Notes: generated by a model from the letters alone, not told the origin. Positions 47,072 to 57,481 are shown, counted from the stretch's first letter. The stretch: DNA of 64,000 nucleotides from Candidatus Thorarchaeota archaeon (GCA_004524445.1 SDNP01000011.1:16668-80667); one strand, 5' to 3'. Program-made: numbers and translations.

Positions 47072-47962
47072 GTGCAGACATGTCCAAAATGTGGGAGAGC
47101 AAACGATGTGACGAGGAAGTTCTGCGTTCGTTGCGGGGCCTCTCTGCTAAAGAAAAAAGAACAACCGACACAAGAACCTGCCAAGGTTCCCGAACCTGAA
47201 CCAGTGCCGTTAGAAACTGCTGAATCTGAAGAAGCTAGCGTAAAGCATCCAAGTGGGGTTCCCCCCGATTTAGTGAAACCTGAAGAAGCTGAGCCGGCCG
47301 AGTCATATGTGCTGGACCAGGAGAGCGGTAAGGCAGTCGTCAAGGATATCCTTGAGCGGGTAAGGGCAGCAAAGGCGGGTTCAGAGGCAGAACCTGAAGA
47401 AATCGAGCCCGAAGCAAAGGTAGAGGCCGTTAAGGAACGACCCGTTGAGGAGCCAAGGGCTGAGCAAGAGATTGAGCCCCCCTCACCTAAGCCGGCGCCC
47501 CCGCAACCTAAAGAGGCCAAGATTCCTGATGATGTTCCGACTGCGCCTCCAGCAGCTGTTCCAGAACCTGTCGATGAAGTCGCAAGAGATGAGAAGATCA
47601 GAAGTATTGACTCGGACCTCAAGACATACAACATTGAACTAGGACAACTGAATTCTGAGCTGGATAGTCTGCGGGCTCGCCTTAACGATGAGGTTGACCG
47701 CTATCTCACTGTTGCCGAAACCAAACGAACTCGCTTTGAGGGTCTGAAGAGAGAGCTTGACCTCGCAAAGAAGGAGCATAAAGAAGCAAATAAACAGCAC
47801 AAGAAGGCGGAGAAACGTCGGAAGAAGGAACTGTCAACGGCGGAGAAGCGTATCCGGGACGTAGAAAAACGAATCAAGAAGGCGAAGAAGGCCAGAAAGA
47901 AACGAGTTGAAAAACTGGAGAAGGAGAAACGAAAACGAGAAGAAGAGGCAGCCAAGGACTAG
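47072..47962 (+). CDS. Zn-ribbon protein with Pro/Glu-rich linker and long basic coiled coil
   Basis: CPKCG...FCVRCG; EP-rich region; heptad, K/R/E-rich C-terminus. Confidence 0.8.
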   Translation: MQTCPKCGRANDVTRKFCVRCGASLLKKKEQPTQEPAKVPEPEPVPLETAESEEASVKHPSGVPPDLVKPEEAEPAESYVLDQESGKAVVKDILERVRAAKAGSEAEPEEIEPEAKVEAVKERPVEEPRAEQEIEPPSPKPAPPQPKEAKIPDDVPTAPPAAVPEPVDEVARDEKIRSIDSDLKTYNIELGQLNSELDSLRARLNDEVDRYLTVAETKRTRFEGLKRELDLAKKEHKEANKQHKKAEKRRKKELSTAEKRIRDVEKRIKKAKKARKKRVEKLEKEKRKREEEAAKD

Positions 47963-48293
47963 AGGTTTCTTTCCGATATACATGGATATACTTCGCCCTA
48001 TTACACCATTTCTCGATGGTATAGGCATTGAAGGATCGAGAAGGGAGAATAACAGCTCTGCCCTTTCGATTCTATTGCTTTAATTGAATTCTTTCAGTTT
48101 TCTTAGTGATTTCAGAAACTTCATCATACAGGTCGACTATGATGCTGAAATCGCCCACATTATGAATTAGGACATCAGATTTGTTTTGGTGATAACGATG
48201 GAATCCGATGCCATATACTTGATATTAAATATCCCTATTTAACAGGAATATTAAATAGAGAACGTCAATTTTGAAAATAGTTCAAATTTCAAA

Positions 48294-48773
48294 GTGAGGC
48301 AGATTGCGTTGACTAAGAGTGTTGACTTGGATGACCTAGATATTGCAATTCTACGAGAACTGCAAGAAGATTGTAGAACACCGCTGCAGGAAATCGGCAA
48401 GAGAAATGAAGTATCTATGTCCACTATTCATTATCGAGTTAAACGACTTGAGCGGGAAGGCGTAATCGAGGGATACCATGCCAAAATTAACCCTGAGAAA
48501 ATGAATCTTGAGTATATAACAGCAATAAGAGTTTGTGCTGATTACTCAACAGGGTACTATGAGCAGATGGCTGAAGAATTAGCAGAAATTCCTGGAGTAT
48601 GGGCGGTATACTTTGTGCTAGGTGACTATGATTTCCTAGTGTTAACTCGGTCAGGAGATAGAGAAGCTTTTCTGGAGATAATCCATAATATCCTCAAGAT
48701 GAAAAGCGTGAGGAAAACATCAACTCAAGTTGTGGCAAAACTAATCAAAGAGGACTCGCATTTGGAGTTCTAA
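48294..48773 (+). CDS. Lrp/AsnC family transcriptional regulator
   Basis: LDDLDIAILRELQEDCR...STIHYRVKRLEREGVIEGY; GDYDF in the RAM domain. Confidence 0.95.
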   Translation: MRQIALTKSVDLDDLDIAILRELQEDCRTPLQEIGKRNEVSMSTIHYRVKRLEREGVIEGYHAKINPEKMNLEYITAIRVCADYSTGYYEQMAEELAEIPGVWAVYFVLGDYDFLVLTRSGDREAFLEIIHNILKMKSVRKTSTQVVAKLIKEDSHLEF

Positions 48774-48922
48774 TAGCACGGAGATTCTACATGCGGCATA
48801 GGTTACACGCATATTTTGCAGCGACTAAATAGTGTCCGTCCGAAAATGACATTACTCCTTCCATTTATTAGCAAGCAAACACACAAAAAGGCTAGGTCAC
48901 TGTAAGTCAGACGGAAGCTCTA

Positions 48923-50062
48923 TTGATGTCATCGGCTGATAGAAGTCGCGTTCTTAATCTTGCAAAATCGCTGATAATGACAAAATCGGAGAATCCACCT
49001 GGCCATGAGCATGAGGTTGCTTCTATAATTCGCAATCATCTGGAATCTTATGGAATAAGCTGCAAGCAAGTTGGCAATCCCAAAAGGCCCAATCTAATAT
49101 TTTCTACCAGTGAAAATATCAACGGAAAGCTGCTTTTACACGGTCATATGGATACAGTACCTGCAGGAAGTCTCAAAGAATGGAATATGGACCCTTTTGG
49201 TGCTGTTATGGAGGGCAATTCCCTTTATGGGCGAGGATCTTGCGACATGAAGGGGCCACTATCTGCGCTTGCAGAAACAATGATTCTTTATTCTCAGGAA
49301 CGCCACAAAGAGCCGCTTATGATGCTTGCAACTTCAGAAGAGGAAACCACATGCGGTGGTGCAGAAGCAGCTGCTAAGAGCGATCTGCTAGAAAGTGTCA
49401 AGTACGGGATATGTGCTGAACCAACATCCTTGAATGTGCTGATTGGGGAGAAAGGTCTGTTGTGGTTAAGGCTCTCCACAAAAGGAAGAGCTGCTCATGG
49501 TTCGACTCCTGAGTTGGGCAAAAACGCAATCAAACTATGCATGAAAGCGTTGGAAGTCATATTGCAGTATGACTATTCATTTGTAAAGAACAAAATTCTT
49601 GGAGAACCAACTATTAACCTCGGAAAGATAAGTGGTGGCAATAAGATCAATATCGTGCCTGAGGAATGCGAAGCTGAATTGGATATGCGACTAGTAAAGG
49701 GTCAAATCCCTCAAGAAATCGTAAATCAAATGAATAGCGTTTTGAAACAGCATGGAATTGAAGACGGCGTTTGTATTGATACAATGCGATCAAAGCCTAC
49801 AATTCTCACGCCAAAAGATTCAGAAATAGTCACAATGACATTAGATGCAGTGGAGAATATTTTAGGGAGCAGGCCGCCACTGGAGGCGGCTACATACGGC
49901 ACTGACTGTTCTGTGTTACAACCAAAGCTCGGAATTGAGAACGTGATTTGTGGACCAGGATCAATAAAGCTAGCGCACCAGCCAAATGAGCATATCAATA
50001 TTGATGAGCTCTTGAGAGCTGTCGAGATATATCAGTCAATAGCTCGAAATCTATTGGACTAG
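48923..50062 (+). CDS. M20 amidohydrolase (ArgE/DapE-like deacylase)
   Basis: GHMDTVP, GRGSCDMKG, EE, AEPT, AHGS.P..G.NA, NIVP, GPG....AHQPNE. Confidence 0.92.
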   Translation: MMSSADRSRVLNLAKSLIMTKSENPPGHEHEVASIIRNHLESYGISCKQVGNPKRPNLIFSTSENINGKLLLHGHMDTVPAGSLKEWNMDPFGAVMEGNSLYGRGSCDMKGPLSALAETMILYSQERHKEPLMMLATSEEETTCGGAEAAAKSDLLESVKYGICAEPTSLNVLIGEKGLLWLRLSTKGRAAHGSTPELGKNAIKLCMKALEVILQYDYSFVKNKILGEPTINLGKISGGNKINIVPEECEAELDMRLVKGQIPQEIVNQMNSVLKQHGIEDGVCIDTMRSKPTILTPKDSEIVTMTLDAVENILGSRPPLEAATYGTDCSVLQPKLGIENVICGPGSIKLAHQPNEHINIDELLRAVEIYQSIARNLLD

Positions 50063-50148
50063 CGATGTTTGTTGTATCACAGAGTGCAGGAGGTTAGAAA
50101 CTAGCTACCAAATCATAGCAGCTCTCTGCCCGAAAATAAGAAAAATAA

Positions 50149-50185
50149 GGCCCGAATGAAGCTCTCTTGAGCATTCTCTCGGGCC
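50149..50185. terminator. hairpin between convergent genes
   Basis: ggcccga...tcgggcc with inner gctc/gagc arms. Confidence 0.45.
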
Positions 50186-50205
50186 AAGAGGCAAACGGAG
50201 AACGA

Positions 50206-51219
50206 TTATTCGCTTGGCGACTCACCTGATAGTTCATCAAAGCCGTATCCGAAGAACCACCAGCCTATTGTGAAGCCTACTATGAACTCCCAGAGAACAA
50301 AAACTGCCCATAGTATTAGTGCAAAGAACCAATCCACCCCGAAAAGTGGAAGAACCATTGCAGTCACGTAATATGTAGCTATAGCAGCAACTATGGATAT
50401 TGCAGTACTCACTAATCCTTTAGCAGGTTGTGATACTTTTCTGAGAGGCCACATGTTTCCATAGACTACGAAGGCTAGTGTCCAGAATACTAGAATCACT
50501 GTGAAGGTGGGTCCCTGCAAGGTTGTGAAGAATGATATTCCAAACCAGTCAAGAATTATGGCATATAGCCAAGTAAAGAATCCAGCAATTGGCAAAAGCA
50601 CTATTCCTTTGCCGGGTTGTTCTAGTTCTTGAAATGGCCATGTTTCAAAGAGTAGCAATTGCGAAATTGAAATCGGGAACCAAATCCAAGGGATGTCAGT
50701 ACCTGTATCCAGAACCAGAAAACCTGCAACAACTGAGAAAGTCAAAATGGCTAGTCCCATCCACGGTTGCTTGATGGGCTCTTCTCGGTTCATCTTGCCA
50801 GGCCAATAATCTAGCCAGAAAATCCACACGCCAAACATGAAAATTACATTGGTAACAAAAGGTGTGCTTACCACTATACCTGCCATAGTTGAGATGCCAT
50901 TTACGAGCATATAGACGTAAACAGCAAGAGCCATGTAGATTATTCCCAAAATCGTCATTATTACTCCTTGAGCGTATCGATTATCCGTAATGCGATTCGC
51001 TGGCCACAGCTGAAAAACATGTCCAGTTGTGAACCACAGAAAGGCAAAACCGAAAAAGGCCCAAGCTCCAGTGATTGCCAAGTCATACATCAGGATGTTC
51101 TGAAAGACAAACCAATAAACAGCAGTGAGTATCACTGTCACAACGACACCCACGATCCATTTGATTGGCTGTTTCCACATTGTAGGACGTTCGGTCAAAT
51201 TCATCTCCCAACACAACAT
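50206..51219 (-). CDS. ~10-TM Trp-rich putative solute (amine/amino acid) transporter with four WP...QP..G repeats
   Basis: QLWPANR..AQG, DYWPGK..KQPWMG, ETWPFQELEQPGKG, NMWPLRKVSQPAKG. Confidence 0.6.
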   Translation of the reverse strand: MLCWEMNLTERPTMWKQPIKWIVGVVVTVILTAVYWFVFQNILMYDLAITGAWAFFGFAFLWFTTGHVFQLWPANRITDNRYAQGVIMTILGIIYMALAVYVYMLVNGISTMAGIVVSTPFVTNVIFMFGVWIFWLDYWPGKMNREEPIKQPWMGLAILTFSVVAGFLVLDTGTDIPWIWFPISISQLLLFETWPFQELEQPGKGIVLLPIAGFFTWLYAIILDWFGISFFTTLQGPTFTVILVFWTLAFVVYGNMWPLRKVSQPAKGLVSTAISIVAAIATYYVTAMVLPLFGVDWFFALILWAVFVLWEFIVGFTIGWWFFGYGFDELSGESPSE

Positions 51220-51497
51220 TTGTTAACAAACAGAATATATACTTTTCGCACAAATGACCAAAAAATTAGGATTTGATTCGATTTTTGTGTCTTTGATATG
51301 AATATAATTCAATAACCGGCCGTTTAGTGGCACTAAAAGACCAATTAACGGAAGAATATATCATAGAAAGGCCTCCATAATGAATTTTATTTATTTATTG
51401 TGTCAAAATACCTAATAATAATCTAAAATGATGGGTAAAGTTTAAATCTTGTTTAGTTCAAATACAAGCTCACTAACTTATTGGAGTTGGAGAAAAA

Positions 51498-52421
51498 GTG
51501 ACGTTTAAAGTTCTTGCTGTTCTATGTAGTCGAAAAGACGGTTATACGGCATCAGTTCTTTCCCATGCGATTGAAGGTGTCAAAGAGGTAGATGGTGCTG
51601 AAGTCGATGTGGTGCGCATTCATGATTTCAGTGTCAAGCCATGTATCAGCTGTTTTGCCTGTGTCAAGAAACCAGGGAGCGGTTGCATCATCAAAGATGA
51701 CATGGGTGAGAAAGGAAAAGGTGAGTTGTGGGTTAAGACAACAAAGGCAAATGGGATGATTATAGCTGACCCGGTTCATATGTGGTCTTCGAGTGCAGGA
51801 GCACATGCCTTTATTGAGAGACTTTATCCATATCTCTGGACGGGCGAGATGAATGGAATGCCATTCTTCTATTTCTCATGTGCCTCAAATCAAGGTATGC
51901 AACGCTTTTCAGCAAAGGAGATGAACCGAAGAATGATCCCCTGGGGGGTCCGAATGATTGGTCCGTTAGATGTGCATACCGCTTTCCTAAAGGATGCGTT
52001 TAAAGAGGCGCGGAAACTCGGTAAGAAGCTAGCATTGGAGGCCAAGAAAGATGCCGAAGAGGGAAGAAATGCCTTTGAGGATGAATATGAAAAATTCAAG
52101 TATTATCAAAAAACGATTATGCCCGCTTTAGACATATACATGGAAAATCTCTCTCAAGGGACAAACACGTACGAAAAATCGTTGTTCCCTGATGCCCTAG
52201 ATGCATTTGAAAATGAAGAGGCAATACCTATTCTAGAAAAGGCTGCCAAGGAATTCAAAGAGGCACTAAAGCATTACAAGGCTGGTAAAACAGATGATGC
52301 AATAACATCTATCGTGAAGTGCGGTGACTACTGGACAAATGCAACCTGGATTGAGTATTTGAAGGACAACGTGGTTGGTGCCGAGCAACCTAAGGCTTAT
52401 CGGCCACTTCCGGAGGATTAA
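51498..52421 (+). CDS. iron-sulfur flavoprotein (flavodoxin/FMN reductase family) with C-terminal helical extension
   Basis: SRKDGYT, PCISCFAC...CIIKDDM, ADPVH, FIERL. Confidence 0.85.
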   Translation: MTFKVLAVLCSRKDGYTASVLSHAIEGVKEVDGAEVDVVRIHDFSVKPCISCFACVKKPGSGCIIKDDMGEKGKGELWVKTTKANGMIIADPVHMWSSSAGAHAFIERLYPYLWTGEMNGMPFFYFSCASNQGMQRFSAKEMNRRMIPWGVRMIGPLDVHTAFLKDAFKEARKLGKKLALEAKKDAEEGRNAFEDEYEKFKYYQKTIMPALDIYMENLSQGTNTYEKSLFPDALDAFENEEAIPILEKAAKEFKEALKHYKAGKTDDAITSIVKCGDYWTNATWIEYLKDNVVGAEQPKAYRPLPED

Positions 52422-52459
52422 TAGCTTCGAAATCTTTCCAGTTCTCGGAGAGTTATTCT

Positions 52460-53218
52460 ATGAAGATCCTGGATGGTGTCCATCTAATTGGAAGCGGAAA
52501 TACGGGCTTAGGAATCTCAAATGATTATGACTGTCATATATATCTCCTTGATGGCGGAAATGAAATGGCAATCATAGATGCAGGAGGTGGGCGTGAAACT
52601 GGTCGAATTTTAGAGAATGCTAAGAATGATGGCATAGACATCAAGAAGATCACCAGGGTCTTCCTGAGCCATTCCCATTCCGACCACGCAGCAGGCGCCA
52701 AGAATATGCTTGATTTGCTAGATGCGGAGATACTTGCTCCTTCCGGAGAAACTAAGATAATCGAAACCGCTGATGAGAAGGCCCTCGGTCTCGATGTAGC
52801 AAGAGGTGAGGGGCGATTCTATCCTCCAGATTATATATTCCCACCATGCCCCGTTGACGTGAAACTCGAGCATGAAGACCGATTCCAAATCGGAGAATAT
52901 GAAATTCAGGCAATAAGCGTTCCTGGGCACACATTGGATACTATGTGTTTCTACACAGAAGTAGATGATGAGCACTACGGTAAGAAGAGAGTGCTATTTT
53001 CAAGCGACGTTGTCTTCTTTCAGGGCCTAATAAGCCTCCTTAACTGCCAAGGGTCTAGTCTATCAGCGTATCGTGAAGGAATCAAGAACCTTCGAGGACT
53101 TAATATTGATACTCTCCTCCCAGGGCACTTCACATTCTGCATCAATGGTGGACAAGCTCAGATCGACCAGGCCCTAGCAGCATTTAAGGAAATGAGTGTG
53201 CCGCCGTGTGCGTTTTGA
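52460..53218 (+). CDS. MBL-fold hydrolase (glyoxalase II/lactonase-like)
   Basis: IDAG, SHSHSDHAAG, PGHT, FSSD, LPGH. Confidence 0.9.
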   Translation: MKILDGVHLIGSGNTGLGISNDYDCHIYLLDGGNEMAIIDAGGGRETGRILENAKNDGIDIKKITRVFLSHSHSDHAAGAKNMLDLLDAEILAPSGETKIIETADEKALGLDVARGEGRFYPPDYIFPPCPVDVKLEHEDRFQIGEYEIQAISVPGHTLDTMCFYTEVDDEHYGKKRVLFSSDVVFFQGLISLLNCQGSSLSAYREGIKNLRGLNIDTLLPGHFTFCINGGQAQIDQALAAFKEMSVPPCAF

Positions 53219-53315
53219 ATTTCGGACATATGACCTTGCCTCGATAACAACGAAGGAGCTGAATGTGCAATTAGAATAAACTCTCCGTCTATCTTTTCTC
53301 GATGGTGATATTAAA

Positions 53316-54356
53316 GTGGAATACAGACTCGCGCTAATAGGCTTGGGTGTTGTTGGACAGGGTATAGTCGAAATACTCACAAATGAAAGAAACTCACTTC
53401 AAGAATCATATGATATTGATCTGAAAGTTACTGCTATTTCTGACATAAGGAAGGGTTCAGTATATGATCCTGAAGGAATTGATCTAAAGCAAATCTTGGA
53501 CCTAGTAAAAGAGAAAGATTGCATTGATGATTACATTGGTGGAGTCAAAGGGTGGGATAGCCTCAAGACTATAAGGGAATCGAATGCAGATATTGTGGTG
53601 GAAGCAACAGAAACTGATATTGTGACTGGCGAGCCAGGTTTAACACACATGTTAACCTCAATAGAGCATGGAAAACATGTGGTTACCACAAATAAAGGAC
53701 CACTGAGCCTAGCCAGCACAAAACTTCTCGATCGTGCTGCCGAGGTGGGGGTTCACTTGAGATTTGAGGGTACAGTTCTTAGTGGCACTCCGGCATTGGG
53801 CTTAGCTACTCAACATTTAGCAGCCGCACACATAATAGCAGTTCATGGCATTGTTAACGGAACGTGCAACTATATTCTTACGGAAATGGAAAAAGGTCTA
53901 ACCTACGATGCCGCTTTGAAACAGGCTCAGGAACTTGGCTATGCAGAAGCGGATCCGTCAGCAGATGTTGAAGGATTAGACTCTCTTGCCAAGATAATAA
54001 TCCTCGCCAATACACTGTTGGGAGGAAATCTAAACAAGGACCAAGTTGACTGTAAAGGGATATCGGAAATATCAAGAGAGGATGTGGAAGCTGCAAAGGA
54101 GAATGGAAGACGGTGGAAACTAATTGCTACAGCCAAGGTTGTAAATGATAATGCCATTGAGGCACACGTACGGCCAAAGAAACTCCCACTAGATGACCCA
54201 CTTGCCGCAGTCACTGGCGCCACAAACGCTCTCACTTATGAAACAAGATACCTCGGCAACATCACAATTATTGGGCCAGGAGCAGGCGGATTAGAAACTG
54301 GCTATGCTATTCTTCATGACATTCTAGACATTCATAAAAAACTAAGAGAACAATGA
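53316..54356 (+). CDS. hom: homoserine dehydrogenase (no ACT domain)
   Basis: GLGVVG, HVVTTNKGP, FEGTVLSGTP, GIVNGTCNYIL, AQELGYAEADPSADVEG.D, GPGAG..TG. Confidence 0.95.
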   Translation: MEYRLALIGLGVVGQGIVEILTNERNSLQESYDIDLKVTAISDIRKGSVYDPEGIDLKQILDLVKEKDCIDDYIGGVKGWDSLKTIRESNADIVVEATETDIVTGEPGLTHMLTSIEHGKHVVTTNKGPLSLASTKLLDRAAEVGVHLRFEGTVLSGTPALGLATQHLAAAHIIAVHGIVNGTCNYILTEMEKGLTYDAALKQAQELGYAEADPSADVEGLDSLAKIIILANTLLGGNLNKDQVDCKGISEISREDVEAAKENGRRWKLIATAKVVNDNAIEAHVRPKKLPLDDPLAAVTGATNALTYETRYLGNITIIGPGAGGLETGYAILHDILDIHKKLREQ

Positions 54357-54378
54357 ATGAATACGGTGGTGCTACTCT

Positions 54379-56178
54379 TTGGGATATATGGGGAAATATC
54401 TACGGGTCGACTTATCTGATGAGTCTATAACGAAATATTCCCTGGATATAAGTTTCGCAAGGAAGTTCATTGGTGGAAAGGGGCTTGGAGCTAAGTTGCT
54501 TTATGATGGGCTTGATGCGGGAGTCAATCCATTGAGTCCGGATAATATGATTCTATTCATGACTGGACCTCTAACCGGGACTTCGATTCAGACATCAGGT
54601 CGATGGTGCATTGTTACAAAATCACCACAAACCGGAATCTTCAATGACAGTCATATTGGAGGTCATTTTGGGTATCGACTGAAGCGGTCAGGATACGATT
54701 ACATTGAGGTCGATGGAAAGGCATCAAGCCCCAGCTTCCTAGAAATATCTGAAGAACACGTTGATATTCACCCGGCAGCTGATTTATGGGGGCAGGGAAC
54801 CTTTGAAACAGAACGGATACTGAAAAATCGTTACCCGAAATCCGAAGTCATATCAATTGGGCCAGCAGGAGAGAATCTAGTCCTTTATGCTTGCGCAGTC
54901 ACAGGCAAAACCCATATTGCAGGGAGAGGTGGGGTAGGAGCAGTCATGGGATCCAAGAACCTAAAGGCGCTCGTTGTTCATGGGCAGCGTCCAATTGAAA
55001 CATCTGACCCAACAAAGTTTGCTGAGCTCAGCCAGGACCTGCGAAAGAGAGTATTTTCAAATCCAGGTGTCAAATTAAGACATGAACTAGGTACTGTCAT
55101 GTGGGTTCGTAGGGCTAATGACGCAGGAATTCTGCCAACACACAACTTCCAGTCAGGTACCTTCGATGGGGCAGAAGCCATCTCTGGAGAAAGGATGCGT
55201 GATGAACACGTTATCGGTCACACGGCATGTTATGCTTGTGGAATAGCTTGTGGCAAAACAACGAAATTCGAGAGTGGGGACTACGCGCCTCTTGAAGTTG
55301 ACGGGCCTGAGTACGAAACGACTGCTCTCCTAGGATCTAATTGTGGAATCGACAACCTTGCAGCGATTGCGAAACTTAGCCAGATTTGTGACGACCTTGG
55401 TCTCGACACGATATCGACGGGAGGGTCTGTTGCTTTTGCAATTGAAGCTAGCAACAAGGGAGTTCTCCTGCAAGAAGATATAGACAATCTGGAGTTTGGA
55501 AACGCAAAAGCTGTCATCCAGTTGGTGAATCTAATTGCCACAAGAAGAGGGGTTGGTGATATACTTGCGAGGGGCTCGCTTTCTGCAGCCCAGCAATTGA
55601 ATGAAGATAGCGTTGGCTTTGCAATTCAAGTTAAGGGCATGGAGCTGCCAGGAGTAGAACCACGGGCATCATGGGGGATGGCACTCGCTTATGCCACTGC
55701 TGATAGGGGTGGATGCCACCAAAGATGCTGGACGCCTTCAGCGGAACTTTCCGGAGCTCTCCCAAGATTCAGTATGAAGGGAGTTCCGCAGTATGTTAAA
55801 GAAGTTCAGGATGAACGGGCAGTGTGTTATTCGCTTGTACTCTGTGATTTTCTCCCATTTGATGTTCCGGAAATGGTAGATATTCTCAATTCCGCCACAG
55901 GCTTCTCATTCACGGAAGAGAGCTATATTGAAACAGGGGAGAGAATATGGAACCTTATCAGAATGTTTAATGTTCGAGAGGGGATATCTTCATGTGATGA
56001 TGTCCTCCCGGAGAGGTTCACTAGTGAAACGTTACCCAACGGGGACGGAAAAGGACTGAAAGTCCCCTCGAGTGTCTTTGCGACGGCAAGGGGCGAGTAC
56101 TATAGGCTTCGCGGATGGGACCAAACGGGGATTCCTTCTGACAAATTGTTGAAGTCACTCCACCTGAATCTAGATTGA
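54379..56178 (+). CDS. aor: tungsten-dependent aldehyde:ferredoxin oxidoreductase family
   Basis: IGGKGLG, KSPQTG, IGPAGEN, GRGGVGAVMGSKNLKA, CYACGIAC, GPEYET, DDLGLDTIS, RGGCH. Confidence 0.93.
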   Translation: MGYMGKYLRVDLSDESITKYSLDISFARKFIGGKGLGAKLLYDGLDAGVNPLSPDNMILFMTGPLTGTSIQTSGRWCIVTKSPQTGIFNDSHIGGHFGYRLKRSGYDYIEVDGKASSPSFLEISEEHVDIHPAADLWGQGTFETERILKNRYPKSEVISIGPAGENLVLYACAVTGKTHIAGRGGVGAVMGSKNLKALVVHGQRPIETSDPTKFAELSQDLRKRVFSNPGVKLRHELGTVMWVRRANDAGILPTHNFQSGTFDGAEAISGERMRDEHVIGHTACYACGIACGKTTKFESGDYAPLEVDGPEYETTALLGSNCGIDNLAAIAKLSQICDDLGLDTISTGGSVAFAIEASNKGVLLQEDIDNLEFGNAKAVIQLVNLIATRRGVGDILARGSLSAAQQLNEDSVGFAIQVKGMELPGVEPRASWGMALAYATADRGGCHQRCWTPSAELSGALPRFSMKGVPQYVKEVQDERAVCYSLVLCDFLPFDVPEMVDILNSATGFSFTEESYIETGERIWNLIRMFNVREGISSCDDVLPERFTSETLPNGDGKGLKVPSSVFATARGEYYRLRGWDQTGIPSDKLLKSLHLNLD

Positions 56179-56279
56179 TTTGGTAGAATAAGGCTGACAG
56201 TTGGGGGATTGACTAGCTCAAAGCAAACCCCATCAGGCCTGTAATCTAGTTCTGTATTCGATGAACAATGTGGTTTCAT

Positions 56280-57479
56280 TTATCGCTCTGACTGAACGCG
56301 TTCGATCTCCTCAATGATATGCGGGACTACCTTAAACAGGTCACCAACAATGCCGAAGTCAGCAACATTGAAGATTGGTGCATCAGGGTCTTTGTTAATG
56401 GCTACCACGATTGACGCTGTCTGCATGCCCACCAAATGTTGAATTTGCCCCGAAATCCCCAGCGCGAAATAGAGTTTGGGACAGATGGTCCGTCCGGACT
56501 GCCCGACCTGCTGCGTGGGAGGCAGCCACCCGAGGTCCACGATGGGGCGCGAGCCGCCGACGGCAGCATCGAGCAAGTCCGCGAGTTTCCTGGGCAGTTC
56601 GAGATTGGCGGGTTCCTTGATACCGCGACCACTGCAGACAACGACGTCCGCCTCTTCAACAGACTTCATGCCCTCGGTGACCTGACTGACCTTCTCGAGG
56701 ATTTTGGTTCTGACCTGCACGGGGCTGATTTCGATGTCAATCTTCTCAATCTCGCCTTCTCGTGAGTTGTCAGGTTCTATCGGCTTGAAGACATTGGGGC
56801 GTCCGGTTGCCATCTGCGGTCTGGTATAGGGGGAGAGAATCTCAGCCATGATGTTACCGCCAAAGGCAGGACGGGTCTGAACGAGTTGGCGCTCATCATC
56901 GATATCAAGACCAGTACAGTCAGCGGTGAGACCCAGTCCCATTCGTGCAGCAACGCGAGGCGCTAGGTCACGCCCATTGCTGGTAGCGCCATAAAGCACG
57001 ATTGCTGGTTTTCGTGGTGCAATCAGGGTGTTCATGGCGATGGTGTATGCATCAGTGGTATAGTCCTTGAAGATCTCATCATCAACCACAAGGACCTTGT
57101 CGGCGCCGTGATGGATGAGTCTCTCGGCGTGTTTCTCGATGTCATGACCGATGATAACAGCTACAACCTCTTCTTCCAGCTTGTCCGCCAGATCTCTAGC
57201 CTTTCCGAGGAGCTCGGGACCCACACTGCGGATTTTGCCTTCATTGGTCTCAATCCACACCCAGACATTCTTGAATTCAGCGAGATGCTCCTTGTCGATG
57301 ATTTTTCGTTCAATCCTGATGGCATCAACAGGACACACCTCTTCACAGGAGCCACAGAGAACGCAATTCTCCAGAATGAACTTGACCTTATCACCATCTT
57401 CCTCGATGGCGCCGAAGTTACAGACCTTTGGGCACAACATGCAGCCAATGCACGTATCTCTATCATAATGCAGACTCAT
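56280..57479 (-). CDS. etfA: electron transfer flavoprotein alpha subunit with N-terminal 2x[4Fe-4S] ferredoxin domain
   Basis: CIGCMLC...C and CVLCGSCEEVCP; GLTADCT, QTRPAFGGN, QVGQSG, GISGQIQHLVGM. Confidence 0.95.
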   Translation of the reverse strand: MSLHYDRDTCIGCMLCPKVCNFGAIEEDGDKVKFILENCVLCGSCEEVCPVDAIRIERKIIDKEHLAEFKNVWVWIETNEGKIRSVGPELLGKARDLADKLEEEVVAVIIGHDIEKHAERLIHHGADKVLVVDDEIFKDYTTDAYTIAMNTLIAPRKPAIVLYGATSNGRDLAPRVAARMGLGLTADCTGLDIDDERQLVQTRPAFGGNIMAEILSPYTRPQMATGRPNVFKPIEPDNSREGEIEKIDIEISPVQVRTKILEKVSQVTEGMKSVEEADVVVCSGRGIKEPANLELPRKLADLLDAAVGGSRPIVDLGWLPPTQQVGQSGRTICPKLYFALGISGQIQHLVGMQTASIVVAINKDPDAPIFNVADFGIVGDLFKVVPHIIEEIERVQSER

Positions 57480-57481
57480 CT

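Noticed and set aside
47065-47955. Antisense ORFs of 189 aa and 84 aa
   Set aside because: Ser/Phe-rich mirror images of the low-complexity plus-strand gene
46811-48056. Short similarity agaagggaga(ga)ataac at 46811 and ~48040
   Set aside because: Too short and purine-biased to call an att site or repeat
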